Source: Gemmatimonadales bacterium (lineage in GTDB: Bacteria; Gemmatimonadota; Gemmatimonadetes; Gemmatimonadales; GWC2-71-9). From it: a stretch of DNA of 64,000 nucleotides. The notes beneath the pieces were generated by a model. That model saw only the letters and a list, made by a program, of their open reading frames with translations, was not told where the DNA came from and ran no database searches. The stretch lies in contig DATEIR010000120.1 of the NCBI GenBank assembly GCA_035278885.1, forward strand, positions 8,156-72,155, read 5' to 3'. How positions within the stretch are numbered: position 1 is the stretch's first letter; each line of letters starts with the position of its first letter. Of the stretch, positions 20,839 to 29,183 are shown piece after piece. The translations under genes and the position numbers were made by a program.

Positions 20839-22533
20839 TCAGGTCTTGAACTGCTGCATCAGGGACGTGAGGCGGGTGGCGCCCTGGAGCAGGTCGCCCG
20901 CCGCCGACGCCATCTCTTCCGTGCTCGCGCTCTGCTCCTCCGCTGCCGCGGTCACCTCTTCGCTCGCGGAGGCGTGCTCGGTGGCGGCCTGACTCACCTC
21001 CTGGGTCCGCCGGCCGAGCTGCTCGACGATCTCCCGATTCGCCGCCGCCTCCCGCTCGACGTTCTCCGCCGCGCCGTGCACCTGCTCCACCGCCTCCGAG
21101 ATCTCCTCCAGCGCCCGGGCGGCCGCGGTCGCCACGGTCTCGATGCCCTCCACCTTGGCCGACCCCGCGACCATCGTCTGGATCACGTTGCGGGTCTGAC
21201 CCCGGATCTGCTGGATCGTCTTGGCCACGTCCTCGGCCGCCGCCGCGCTCGAGTCGGCCAGGCGCCGCACTTCCTCCGCCACCACCGCGAAGCCCCGGCC
21301 CTGCTCGCCCGCGCGCGCGGCCTCGATGGCGGCGTTGAGGGCCAGCAGGTTGGTCTGCGAGGAGATCTGCTTGATGAGGTCGATAAAGGCCGTGATCGGC
21401 TCGGAGAACCGGGCCAGCTCCTGGACCTGGTCAGCCGAGATCCGGACCACCTCCCGCACGTCGAGCAGCGTCTGACCCGCGGACGCCACGTCCGCCCGAT
21501 GGCGCGCGGCCAGCTCCTGGATCCGGTCGCCCAGCGTCGCGACCTGCGACGCCGCCGCCGAGTTGGCCTCGGCGATCTGGCGCAGGCTCAGGAGCAGCGC
21601 GTCGGCCCGCTCCATGCCCTGCACCTGCTGCTCGGCGCTGGTCGCGATCTTGACCATGGCGGTGGAGATCTCGCCGCTGCTCGCCGCGAGCTCCTCGCTC
21701 ATGGCCGAGAAATCGCTGGCGCTGTTGCCGATCTGGCTCGCCTCGCCGACCACGGCGACCACCACGTTGCGGAGCCGTCCGCTCATGTCGTCGAGCGCGC
21801 CGCCGAGGCGCTCCAGCTCGGTCGGCATCGACTCCACCCGCAGGGGCCGAAGATCGCCGCCGCCGAAGCGCTCCACCGCGCCGATCAGCTGGCTCAGCGG
21901 GCGATCCACCATCCGCACGGTCCAGAGCACGATCCAGACGCCGATGCCGAACGAGGCGAAGAACAGGAGCCACATCGTCTGCCGCCGCTGATCCGCCTGG
22001 AGCCGCAGCTCGCGCGCGCGCGACAGCGAGCGGCTGGTCTGAGCCAGGGAGAGCGCCCGCACGTCGCCGAGCAGGGTGTCGGACGGACTCCGGGCCAGCT
22101 CCGCCACGCGCCGGGCATCTTCCGGCCGGCCCAGGTCGGTCAGCGCGTGGGCCATGGCGTAGGCGACTTCGATCTTGGCCTGGTTGTCCGCGATCTTGTT
22201 GACGATGTAGCGATCCGACGTCGTGAGCGAAGGCAGCCGCCGGTACCGCCGCTGGAAGGCGTAGGCGGAGTCGCCCTGCTCCAGCATCTCGGCGCGGAGA
22301 TCGTCGCCGGGGCGGACCAGATACTGCTCCGCCGAGCGCACCTCGCCCGAGACCGCGGAGACCAGTCCGTTGCCCAGGTCGGTGCCCTCGAGCAGCAGGC
22401 CCAGCTCCTGGTTGACCGACACGTCCAGCGAGCGGATCGAGGTCACTCCGAGAACGGCGATGCCGAAGACCAGGCCGATCAGCACCACCATGCCGGCGAC
22501 GATCCGGCTGCGCAGACTGCGCATCGGCCTCAC
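20839..22533 (-). CDS. Methyl-accepting chemotaxis protein (2 TM, periplasmic sensor, HAMP, signalling domain)
   Basis: Conserved hairpin [30 protein letters not shown]. Start is GTG 22533 (GTGA overlap with the upstream stop) or ATG 22524. Confidence 0.9.
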   Translation of the reverse strand: MRPMRSLRSRIVAGMVVLIGLVFGIAVLGVTSIRSLDVSVNQELGLLLEGTDLGNGLVSAVSGEVRSAEQYLVRPGDDLRAEMLEQGDSAYAFQRRYRRLPSLTTSDRYIVNKIADNQAKIEVAYAMAHALTDLGRPEDARRVAELARSPSDTLLGDVRALSLAQTSRSLSRARELRLQADQRRQTMWLLFFASFGIGVWIVLWTVRMVDRPLSQLIGAVERFGGGDLRPLRVESMPTELERLGGALDDMSGRLRNVVVAVVGEASQIGNSASDFSAMSEELAASSGEISTAMVKIATSAEQQVQGMERADALLLSLRQIAEANSAAASQVATLGDRIQELAARHRADVASAGQTLLDVREVVRISADQVQELARFSEPITAFIDLIKQISSQTNLLALNAAIEAARAGEQGRGFAVVAEEVRRLADSSAAAAEDVAKTIQQIRGQTRNVIQTMVAGSAKVEGIETVATAAARALEEISEAVEQVHGAAENVEREAAANREIVEQLGRRTQEVSQAATEHASASEEVTAAAEEQSASTEEMASAAGDLLQGATRLTSLMQQFKT

Positions 22534-23756
22534 GGCGCCTCCGCGACCGCGGTGGCCTGGTTCTCGACCTCGATCCGGCCCCGGTGCACCAGGCCGATGT
22601 AGACGTTCTGGTTGGGCACGTCGCCGACGGCGTCGAAGGCCACGGCGCCGGTCACGCCTTCGAACGCAGGCGTGACGCTGCCGACGCCGGCGAGTGCCCG
22701 GCGAACGGCTTCGCGGTTCGGCCCCGAGCGCGCGATGACGTCCCGGAGGAGATAGACCGCGTCGTAGGTCGCGGCGGCCGGCTGGTTGGGCGCACCGGCA
22801 TCGGGGAACTTGCGGTGGTAGGCCTCGACGAAGCGGCGGTTGCTCGGCGTCGGCAGTCCCGCGAAGTAGGAAGAGCTGTAGTACACGCCCTCGCCCAGCT
22901 CACCCGACTGCTCGATCCCCTCGAGGCCGTCGCCGCCGAGCACAGGGAACGAGAGACCCCGGGCCCGGGCTTCCTTGATGATGGACTCCGCCTCGCCTCG
23001 GTTACCCGCTACCAGCAGGAAGTCCACCTTCCGGCGCCGCGCCAATCGCTCGAGGTACGGACCGACGGCCGGGCGGTCGCCGAGATAGGGATCGACGCCG
23101 TCCAGCTCGCCGCCGAGGCGGAGGAACTCCTCCACGAAGGTGCGGCGAATCCCGCGGCCGTAGGGATCGTTGAGGTACAGGACGGCCCCGCGCTGGAAGC
23201 CGAGCCGCTTGCGAATCCACTGTGCCAGGGCGGCACCGTGGGCGTTGTCGCTGGGGCACACGCGGAAGGTGTACTGACCCGCCGCCGAGACTTCCGGGGC
23301 GGAGGAAGACGGCGAGATGGCGACCACCGGATCGGAGCCGCCGTTGTAGACCGGCGCCGCGGCGAGCGTGGCATCGGAGAAGAGATGTCCGATCACCGCC
23401 GACACGCCGGCGTCGTAGAGTTCCCCCGCCACGAACACGGCGGAGTCGGAATTGGCGTAGTCGTCGCGAAGGACGAGCTCGAGGGGGTGCCCGCCTATAC
23501 CGCCGCTGGCGTTGATCTCCTCGGCCGCGAGCTGGGCCGCCAGCTGCATGGGCCGGCCGATCGGATCGGTGAAGGGTCCGGCGACACCGATACGGATCGG
23601 CCCGGATCCGCCATTGGCGCAGCCGACCTGCAAGGCCGCGAGCAGCAGTGTGACGACACGAGGGGCAATACGCCCGATCTGGCCGAACAATGCCAAGTGA
23701 GGCTCCGGAGTGCTCGCCGGCCTGCTGCGGTTGTGGAAGGTGTTGAGAAGGAACAT
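22530..23756 (-). CDS. LivK/Peripla_BP_6-type periplasmic ligand-binding lipoprotein
   Basis: Lipobox LQVGC, then [42 protein letters not shown], typical of Leu/Ile/Val-binding-like proteins. Start ATG 23756 is tentative. Confidence 0.85.
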   Translation of the reverse strand: MFLLNTFHNRSRPASTPEPHLALFGQIGRIAPRVVTLLLAALQVGCANGGSGPIRIGVAGPFTDPIGRPMQLAAQLAAEEINASGGIGGHPLELVLRDDYANSDSAVFVAGELYDAGVSAVIGHLFSDATLAAAPVYNGGSDPVVAISPSSSAPEVSAAGQYTFRVCPSDNAHGAALAQWIRKRLGFQRGAVLYLNDPYGRGIRRTFVEEFLRLGGELDGVDPYLGDRPAVGPYLERLARRRKVDFLLVAGNRGEAESIIKEARARGLSFPVLGGDGLEGIEQSGELGEGVYYSSSYFAGLPTPSNRRFVEAYHRKFPDAGAPNQPAAATYDAVYLLRDVIARSGPNREAVRRALAGVGSVTPAFEGVTGAVAFDAVGDVPNQNVYIGLVHRGRIEVENQATAVAEAP

Positions 23757-23826
23757 GTTATCGATCGACTTTGGGTCCCGATGGAGTCGGAAGTGCAAAA
23801 TGCGTACTCGGGTGCTTGGGGGTCAC

Positions 23827-24111
23827 ATGGCCGGTGAGTGGACCGATCGGTCCCCTGACGCGGTGTTCGATCTGCATGGCCAGTCGGTGGCGGAAGCCGC
23901 GACCAATGCGACTCGGTTTCTCCGGGCTCAGGCCAAGGCTCGGCCGGGCGGCGTCGTCCGGATCGTGACCGGCCGCGGGCGAGGCGGCGGCGGAGCGCCG
24001 ATCAGGACCAGGGTCCGGACGCTGCTGCGGAGTGAGCGGGAGGGAGGAGGGGTGGTGGCGGATTACTTCCTGGAGGATTCGGAAGGGAGTTTTCTCGTTC
24101 GCCTCAGGTGA
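23827..24111 (+). CDS. Stand-alone Smr-domain protein
   Basis: DLHGQSVAEA and IVTGRGRGGGG Smr motifs. An alternative ATG lies at 23800. Confidence 0.75.
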   Translation: MAGEWTDRSPDAVFDLHGQSVAEAATNATRFLRAQAKARPGGVVRIVTGRGRGGGGAPIRTRVRTLLRSEREGGGVVADYFLEDSEGSFLVRLR

Positions 24112-24114
24112 AGG

Positions 24115-24651
24115 TCAGGGGCGCGCGCCCGCGTCCCGATCCTGGCCCCATCGGTCGAGCACCCGGCCATCGACCATGCTCACCGAAGCCGTCGTGCCGG
24201 CACCTTCGGGTCGCCAGGTGAGCCGCAGCATCCGTCCGCGGCGTACCCACTGCATCATCTTCTGCTTGCCTTGTGTCGCGGTCTCGACGGCGCCGTAGCG
24301 ACGCGCGAGCTGATCGCGCCAGGCGCGCAGCGTCGCCGGGCCGACCGGCGCGGAGAGCGCGATCACGCCCGCGGCGCTGTCGATGGCGCTCACCCAGACC
24401 GACAGACCCTTCGCGCTCGCGGAGTCGGGCAGCGTGCCGCGGCACTCGCGAACCCGCGGGTCCGCCCTGGCCTGTTCGCAGCGCAGCTGCCCGCGTCGCC
24501 GCTGGATCTCGGAGGCGATGTCCCGCAGCGACGCGCCGGCGTGAATGCCGAGAAACCCCAGTGCGCTGGTGTCCTGCGGGCTCGACATCGCGGCGAGTGC
24601 CGGGAGCGGCGCGAACCAGGCGCTCCAGGCCAGGGCGGCCGGGACGATCAT
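24115..24651 (-). CDS. Secreted hypothetical protein
   Basis: ATG 24651. Signal-like MIVPAALAWSAWFAPLPALAAM. Confidence 0.55.
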   Translation of the reverse strand: MIVPAALAWSAWFAPLPALAAMSSPQDTSALGFLGIHAGASLRDIASEIQRRRGQLRCEQARADPRVRECRGTLPDSASAKGLSVWVSAIDSAAGVIALSAPVGPATLRAWRDQLARRYGAVETATQGKQKMMQWVRRGRMLRLTWRPEGAGTTASVSMVDGRVLDRWGQDRDAGARP

Positions 24652-24686
24652 GCGGTTCTCTGGCGAGCTGGGGTGGAGACACGAGA

Positions 24687-24708
24687 GCCCTCGCCGAGTG
24701 GCGAGGGC
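24687..24708 (-). terminator. Hairpin downstream of the csp gene
   Basis: 9-bp stem GCCCTCGCC/GGCGAGGGC with a 4-nt loop. The U-tract is poor. Confidence 0.4.
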
Positions 24709-24759
24709 CCAGGTGGCCGAGCCGTGCGAGTGTGTTCGGAAAGGCGCGGAGCGCCGGGG

Positions 24760-24960
24760 TCAGACCTTGCGGACGTTGGAGGCCTGAAGTCCCTTGGGAC
24801 CCTCGACCACCTCGAACTCCACGTTGTCGCCCTCAGCGAGCGACCGGAATCCCTCCGCGACGATGGCGGTGTGGTGAACGAAAACGTCCTTCCCACCTTC
24901 CTGCGCGATGAAGCCGAACCCCTTCGCGTCATTGAACCACTTGACCGTGCCCTTCGCCAT
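24760..24960 (-). CDS. csp: Cold-shock protein (CspA family)
   Basis: [33 protein letters not shown] contains the RNP1 and RNP2 motifs. 66 aa from ATG 24960. Confidence 0.95.
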   Translation of the reverse strand: MAKGTVKWFNDAKGFGFIAQEGGKDVFVHHTAIVAEGFRSLAEGDNVEFEVVEGPKGLQASNVRKV

Positions 24961-25036
24961 TGCCACAACCTCTTGAAATGGGAGCCCGCAGGCCCCGGGG
25001 AAACCCCCAGCCCTCGTGGCCGGGTGAAAAAGCCCC

Positions 25037-25072
25037 AAAAAAAAGAGCCGTTCGGATTTAATTCCGACCGGC
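25037..25072 (-). terminator. Intrinsic terminator after ogt, 76 nt upstream of the csp ATG
   Basis: On the minus strand: 10-bp stem GCCGGTCGGA/TCCGAACGGC (one mismatch), loop ATTAAA, then TC followed by T8. Confidence 0.75.
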
Positions 25073-25169
25073 CGGCGTGACTAGGAAAGCAAAGGCGGGA
25101 CCGCGCTATTCATGGTCTAAGGTCATGCCCGGTCCGAAAATTGTCAATATGGCCTAACGTCGATACGAC

Positions 25170-25691
25170 CTACCGCAGAACGACTCCGGCGGCCCGGAGC
25201 TCGTGGTCCAGCAGCCAGCGCTTCCGGGTAAGGCCGCCGCCGTACCCCACGAGGCCGCCGTCCTTTCCGACTACCCGGTGACAGGGAATCAGGATGGCCA
25301 GGTGGTTGGCCGAGACCAGCCACCCGATCTGGCGGGGGTGCAGTCCAGTGGCTCGGGCGACGTCGTCGTAGGAGCGGGTCTCGCCCAGGGGGATCTTTCT
25401 AAGTGTTTTGAATACGGCAACTTGAGCCGGTGAAAGATCGAACCATCGGCGCAGGTGGTCGGGGTAGGGAAAGGGGCGGGAGGAGCCGGTGAAGTACTCG
25501 TCGAGCCAGCCGCTGGTCTGGAGGCAGGGACCCTGAGAGATATGGAGCTCGGGCACCGCCGCCCGGAGTCGGACCGCCCATTTGACGGTGAGCGCCCGGG
25601 AGGGAAATTCGACGACCAGCGGACCGGCCTCGCATTCGACCAGGGTCAGCGCACCAATCGGCGAGTTGTATGTCGTCCACTCCACGCGCAT
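25170..25691 (-). CDS. ogt: Methylated-DNA--protein-cysteine methyltransferase
   Basis: Active site IPCHRVVGKDGGLVGYGGG. Start is ATG 25691 (173 aa) or ATG 25754. Confidence 0.9.
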   Translation of the reverse strand: MRVEWTTYNSPIGALTLVECEAGPLVVEFPSRALTVKWAVRLRAAVPELHISQGPCLQTSGWLDEYFTGSSRPFPYPDHLRRWFDLSPAQVAVFKTLRKIPLGETRSYDDVARATGLHPRQIGWLVSANHLAILIPCHRVVGKDGGLVGYGGGLTRKRWLLDHELRAAGVVLR

Positions 25692-25795
25692 CCGGGCAAT
25701 CTCCCGGGCCAACGGTGAGAGCGAAAGGTACCGCGGGAAGTGCGAGGGAGCCATCGGGTCCCTGCGCGTCCGGCAGCGCACACCTATATTCAAGC

Positions 25796-26407
25796 ATGAC
25801 CTCCCCGCAAACATTAGTGGTACGCACCTTCACCGACCGCGCCGAAGGGCTGTCCCACTTCGTGTTGCGCGCGGGCGAGGCTCCGAGGCTGTTGGCCTTC
25901 GATGACGCGCTCGGCTGTCCGGTCGAGACCGCGCTGGCCGCGCTGGAGTGGACCGGCGCGGTGGGCATTCTGCTGGATGACGATCTGCTGCACGCGGCGC
26001 GCCTCACCAGCGAGACGGCGGCCGCCGTGATCGAGCGCCGCGGTGCGGACGGGCGCCGGTTCGTCTATCTCGGTCCCCGGCTCGACGCGCCTCCGATGGA
26101 TGTCTTCGAGGGGGCTGTGCTGTTCGACGAGCCCGGCGTGAAGGCGGTGGAATTCACCCAGCGGGCCCATGCGTTGGCCCACTTCCTCCGGGCCACCGCC
26201 GGCGCTGGCGCGTTGCTGGCCCTGCTCGGCCGCCGTGCGCCTGAGCTCCGGCACCTGCGGCGCTGGCTCGGCTCGATCATCCAGGAGCTTGATGGCCCGC
26301 GGCCTCTGGTGGCCGGATGGTTTGCCGCGAGCTCGGCCGGCTGCCTGTTCTCCTCTGCCGACCGGGAGACCACCTACCGCTACATCGAGGTGGGGCTGGA
26401 GAGCTGA
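25796..26407 (+). CDS. Hypothetical protein (203 aa)
   Basis: ATG 25796, GC3-rich frame. No motif recognised. Confidence 0.6.
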   Translation: MTSPQTLVVRTFTDRAEGLSHFVLRAGEAPRLLAFDDALGCPVETALAALEWTGAVGILLDDDLLHAARLTSETAAAVIERRGADGRRFVYLGPRLDAPPMDVFEGAVLFDEPGVKAVEFTQRAHALAHFLRATAGAGALLALLGRRAPELRHLRRWLGSIIQELDGPRPLVAGWFAASSAGCLFSSADRETTYRYIEVGLES

Positions 26408-26560
26408 TCGGGGTCGCTCGACCAAACGGTTTCGGGTGCAGTTGTTGATACACATGTCCACAATCGTGTGGACCGAATCGGTAGGACGATGGCTTCAAGG
26501 TGGTTAGTAATCCACAATCCCGCCGCGGCTCAGTGGCGTAACCCGAATAAAATCAGGCAC

Positions 26561-26588
26561 TTGCGAGATTGGGCCGGCACCCTATCTT
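26561..26588 (+). promoter_or_regulatory. Sigma70-like promoter candidate for the downstream non-coding locus
   Basis: TTGCGA (26561-26566), 16-nt spacer, TATCTT (26583-26588). Confidence 0.3.
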
Positions 26589-26594
26589 AGTCTC

Positions 26595-27020
26595 CACGCG
26601 CCGGCTGGATACGTGCTGAGACCCCGAGTCACGGTGGCGGCCAGCAGGCGGGTTCGAGCGGGATATCAGGGGAGAATGCCGACGCAACCAAGGGCTCAGG
26701 CATTCGTTGATCCTGGTGATCACCCCGGCTCGAACAGGTGAAGCCAGTCGCGTGCTTCATCCGCCCCGATCTTGCGCCTCGGGGTGCAGTGCGAAAGGTC
26801 GGTCCGCGACCCGATCTGACTCGCAGCGCTCGAATGGACGAACCAGGTGGGATGGCCATCCGGCCTGGGGATCGAACCAAGGCTCCACCTCGCCCTCCCG
26901 AAGCGGCGGAACAGCCAACCGGTGGCAGGTGGGAGAAGAACGGCGGCAGCAATGCCTCGCCCTTGGATAGTCCAATCGGGAACGGCCGTCTAGCCACGAC
27001 TAGGCGGCCGTTCTTTTTTT
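26595..27020 (+). ncRNA. Candidate structured ncRNA of about 0.4 kb, class not assigned
   Basis: No GC3-rich ORF and visibly lower G+C. Multiple strong hairpins, long-range complementarity 26688-26704 with 26951-26966, and a canonical intrinsic terminator at the 3' end. The 5' end is inferred only from the promoter guess. Confidence 0.45.
26980..27020 (+). terminator. Canonical intrinsic terminator
   Basis: 14-bp stem 26980-26993/27000-27013 (one G-U pair), 6-nt loop, T7 at 27014-27020. Confidence 0.85.
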
Positions 27021-27217
27021 GTCGGTGCTTTGAGTGGGGCGGATGCACGTGGCGTCGGTGGTGCGCGATCTCGCGATCTGTAGGCGAAATGGCTGAGCGG
27101 GTTTGGCCGCCGATGAACGCAGAAAGACGCAGATGGCTCCGATGCGCTGGTGGCATTCGTCAGCACCAGCGTATTGGTTGGTGGCTCACGGCATAGACAG
27201 GGATCTTTCGCGCTCTC

Positions 27218-28327
27218 CTACCGTTCGTCGTGCTCTGCGTGCTCTGCGTGCCCAGCTTTCCAGCATCCATTCGCGTTATCAGCGGTCACCGGATTGGCTC
27301 CGCGATGATCGACGGACTCTCCCCACTCGCTGCGGCCTCGGAAGATGCGCCGATGATCGACTTGCCACAGCGATCGAGCGCTGAGCACGTCGTTGCCGTT
27401 GAAGTACTCGGACGACGCCAGCGCGTCGGCCATGCTGCTGGTCTTGGCGCTCGCGTCGTCGGCGTAGTGCAGCACTTCCGCCTCCAGGGTCATCGGGCGA
27501 ACCGGCGCGCCGTGCTCGAGTACCCCGTGGTGGGACGCGATCAGGTGCTGCAGCAGCAGCACTTCGCGGTGGGTGCAGTCAGGCGCGTGCCGCGCCAGGT
27601 GCCGGTCGAGCATCAGCATGCCCAGGGTGACATGCCCGAGGAGCGCGCCGGCTTCGGTGAGCTCGAACACGCCGCGGCGCCAGGCATAGGCCTCGAGCTT
27701 GCCCACGTCGTGGAGCATGGCGCCGGCGAGCACCAGCTCGCGGTCGGCCCCCGAGGTGATCGCCACCGCGCGAGCGATGGCGACGACCTCGACCGTATGC
27801 CGGAGCAGTCCGCCGAGCTGCGCATGATGACCTGCGGTGCTGGCGGGGCACTCCTCGTAGGCGGAGCGGAAGGGCGGATCGTCGTAGAACAGGCCGAGCA
27901 CGCGACGGAGGCGTGGCCGGCGGAGAGCACGGCGGGCCTCATCGAGCACCGTCCAGTCGGCGATCGTGGTGGTGGTGCCCGGGACGAGTGCCCGGAGCGG
28001 GACTGAATCGGCCGGGGCGACCCGCAAACCGGAGAGCTCGAGCTGCCGCACCCCGCGAAACGCGCCGACTCGTCCCGAGGCATGCACGATCGTGCCCCGA
28101 GCAACGTTGGCCGCCCACGCCTGCCGCTCGCCCCAGAGCGGGGCGGTGCCGATCCGACCGGCGCTGGTGCCCAGCACGAGGATGACGCCTTCCCGACCCT
28201 CGCCCCAGGCGCGCCGCTCAATCTGGTGGACCAGCATCGGTGCCTCGACGCGGGTGCCCAGGGGTGCCACGACGGGATCGGACGGCTCCGTCACGTCAGG
28301 CTGCAGTCCGATTACGTTTGCGGGCAT
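27218..28327 (-). CDS. YhaM-like 3'-5' exoribonuclease (OB fold plus HD domain)
   Basis: The N-terminal OB segment aligns by eye with B. subtilis YhaM. HD motifs HTVEV, LHDVGK, LIASHHG and EAEVLHYADDASAK. Start uncertain (ATG 28327, GTG 28294 or GTG 28270). Confidence 0.8.
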   Translation of the reverse strand: MPANVIGLQPDVTEPSDPVVAPLGTRVEAPMLVHQIERRAWGEGREGVILVLGTSAGRIGTAPLWGERQAWAANVARGTIVHASGRVGAFRGVRQLELSGLRVAPADSVPLRALVPGTTTTIADWTVLDEARRALRRPRLRRVLGLFYDDPPFRSAYEECPASTAGHHAQLGGLLRHTVEVVAIARAVAITSGADRELVLAGAMLHDVGKLEAYAWRRGVFELTEAGALLGHVTLGMLMLDRHLARHAPDCTHREVLLLQHLIASHHGVLEHGAPVRPMTLEAEVLHYADDASAKTSSMADALASSEYFNGNDVLSARSLWQVDHRRIFRGRSEWGESVDHRGANPVTADNANGCWKAGHAEHAEHDER

Positions 28328-28703
28328 GACCCCGCCTCACGTGTTGATCCTCGACGGCGACGCGACGCGCCGGGCCGAGATGCTGGCGCTGCTCCGGGAG
28401 GCCGGCCACCATGCGGCGGCAGCGCCCGATGGGCAGGCGGCAGCGGAGGCGCTGACCCGGCCGGGCTTCGACCTGATCCTGCTGGACCTGGGATGGCCGG
28501 AGCTGCGGCTGGCTCGGCTGCGAGAGGCGCTCGCCGCCGGCCCGACGGCGGAGCCCGAGTCGCTCGAGGCGGCGGAGCGGCGCCACATTGCGCTGACCCT
28601 CCGATTCACCGGCGGCAACAAGCGCAGGGCCGCCGAGCTGCTCGGCATCGCGCGCTCGACCCTGCTGCACAAGGTGCGCAAGTACGGCCTGAGTCCGGAG
28701 TAG
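28326..28703 (+). CDS. Truncated receiver fused to a Fis-type HTH (NtrC-like without AAA+ domain)
   Basis: VLILDGD...DLILLDLGWPE, then RRHIALTLRFTGGNKRRAAELLGIARSTLLHKVRKYGL. Confidence 0.7.
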   Translation: MTPPHVLILDGDATRRAEMLALLREAGHHAAAAPDGQAAAEALTRPGFDLILLDLGWPELRLARLREALAAGPTAEPESLEAAERRHIALTLRFTGGNKRRAAELLGIARSTLLHKVRKYGLSPE

Positions 28704-28718
28704 CCCCGGACGGGCCGG

Positions 28719-29147
28719 TCAAAAACCACGTTGAATCCGTACCCGGCCGAGCCGGGACACCACGACCGTGCGGATGGCGGCGCCTCTGGTGATCCGGAAC
28801 GTGGCATTGGATAGGCCCATGGTGAGCCCGACCGGTGAAAAGGTGAGCTTCCGGATCGGGCCGGCGAGCAAGGCACCCTCCGAGGCCGGCCCCGGCCCCC
28901 GCCAGACGACCGAATCGGCAAGTGTGGCGATACGAAGGCTGTCGGGCGCGACGGTGAGGACGAGCGGCCGGCTCAACAGAATGGCCGCGACCCGGGCGCG
29001 GCTGTGGGCCAGGATGACTGCCTGCGCGCCCTGCTCAGCGCTCCAGCCATCGCGGAGCGGCGCCATGCGGGGCAGGGCAATGCCAAGCAGCAAGCCGGTG
29101 ACGGCGAGAACAAGGGTAAGCTCCACCACGGTGTAGCCGCGTCGCAT
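28719..29147 (-). CDS. Prepilin-type N-terminal methylation-domain protein (GspH/FimT-like pseudopilin)
   Basis: MRRGYTVVELTLVLAVTGLLLGIALP is a class III signal with Glu at +5. Confidence 0.75.
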   Translation of the reverse strand: MRRGYTVVELTLVLAVTGLLLGIALPRMAPLRDGWSAEQGAQAVILAHSRARVAAILLSRPLVLTVAPDSLRIATLADSVVWRGPGPASEGALLAGPIRKLTFSPVGLTMGLSNATFRITRGAAIRTVVVSRLGRVRIQRGF

Positions 29148-29183
29148 GGTGGCAACGATGGTGACGGTCTAGTAGCGGGTGGT

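Noticed and set aside
26869-26878. T-loop-like GGTTCGATCC on the minus strand, plus three further TCGAA-containing boxes nearby, suggesting a tRNA or tRNA-like element
   Set aside because: No complementary acceptor 5' strand, D-arm or anticodon arm could be built around any of them.
26595-27020. Identification of the candidate RNA as RNase P RNA, tmRNA, SRP RNA or a cobalamin riboswitch
   Set aside because: None of the expected signatures is present on either strand. There is no GAGGAAAGUCCGG / ACAGAACCCGGCUUA pair. There is no GGGG...UCCACCA acceptor with a T-arm and an Ala-ending tag ORF. There is no GGAAGCAGCC SRP motif and no B12 box. GGCTCCACC at 26881-26889 looked like a tmRNA 3' end, but it lacks a preceding T-arm and a matching 5' strand.
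26629-27196. ORFs 26629..27156 (-), 26738..27196 (+) and 26707..26970 (+) inside the non-coding locus
   Set aside because: Their third-position composition is mixed rather than GC-rich and they have no motifs. The + ORF reads straight through the intrinsic terminator hairpin.
27240-27261. 9-nt tandem repeat GTGCTCTGC, about 2.4 copies
   Set aside because: It lies in frame at the 3' end of the yhaM-like CDS, encoding HAEHAEH. It is too short to be a CRISPR array or other repeat element.
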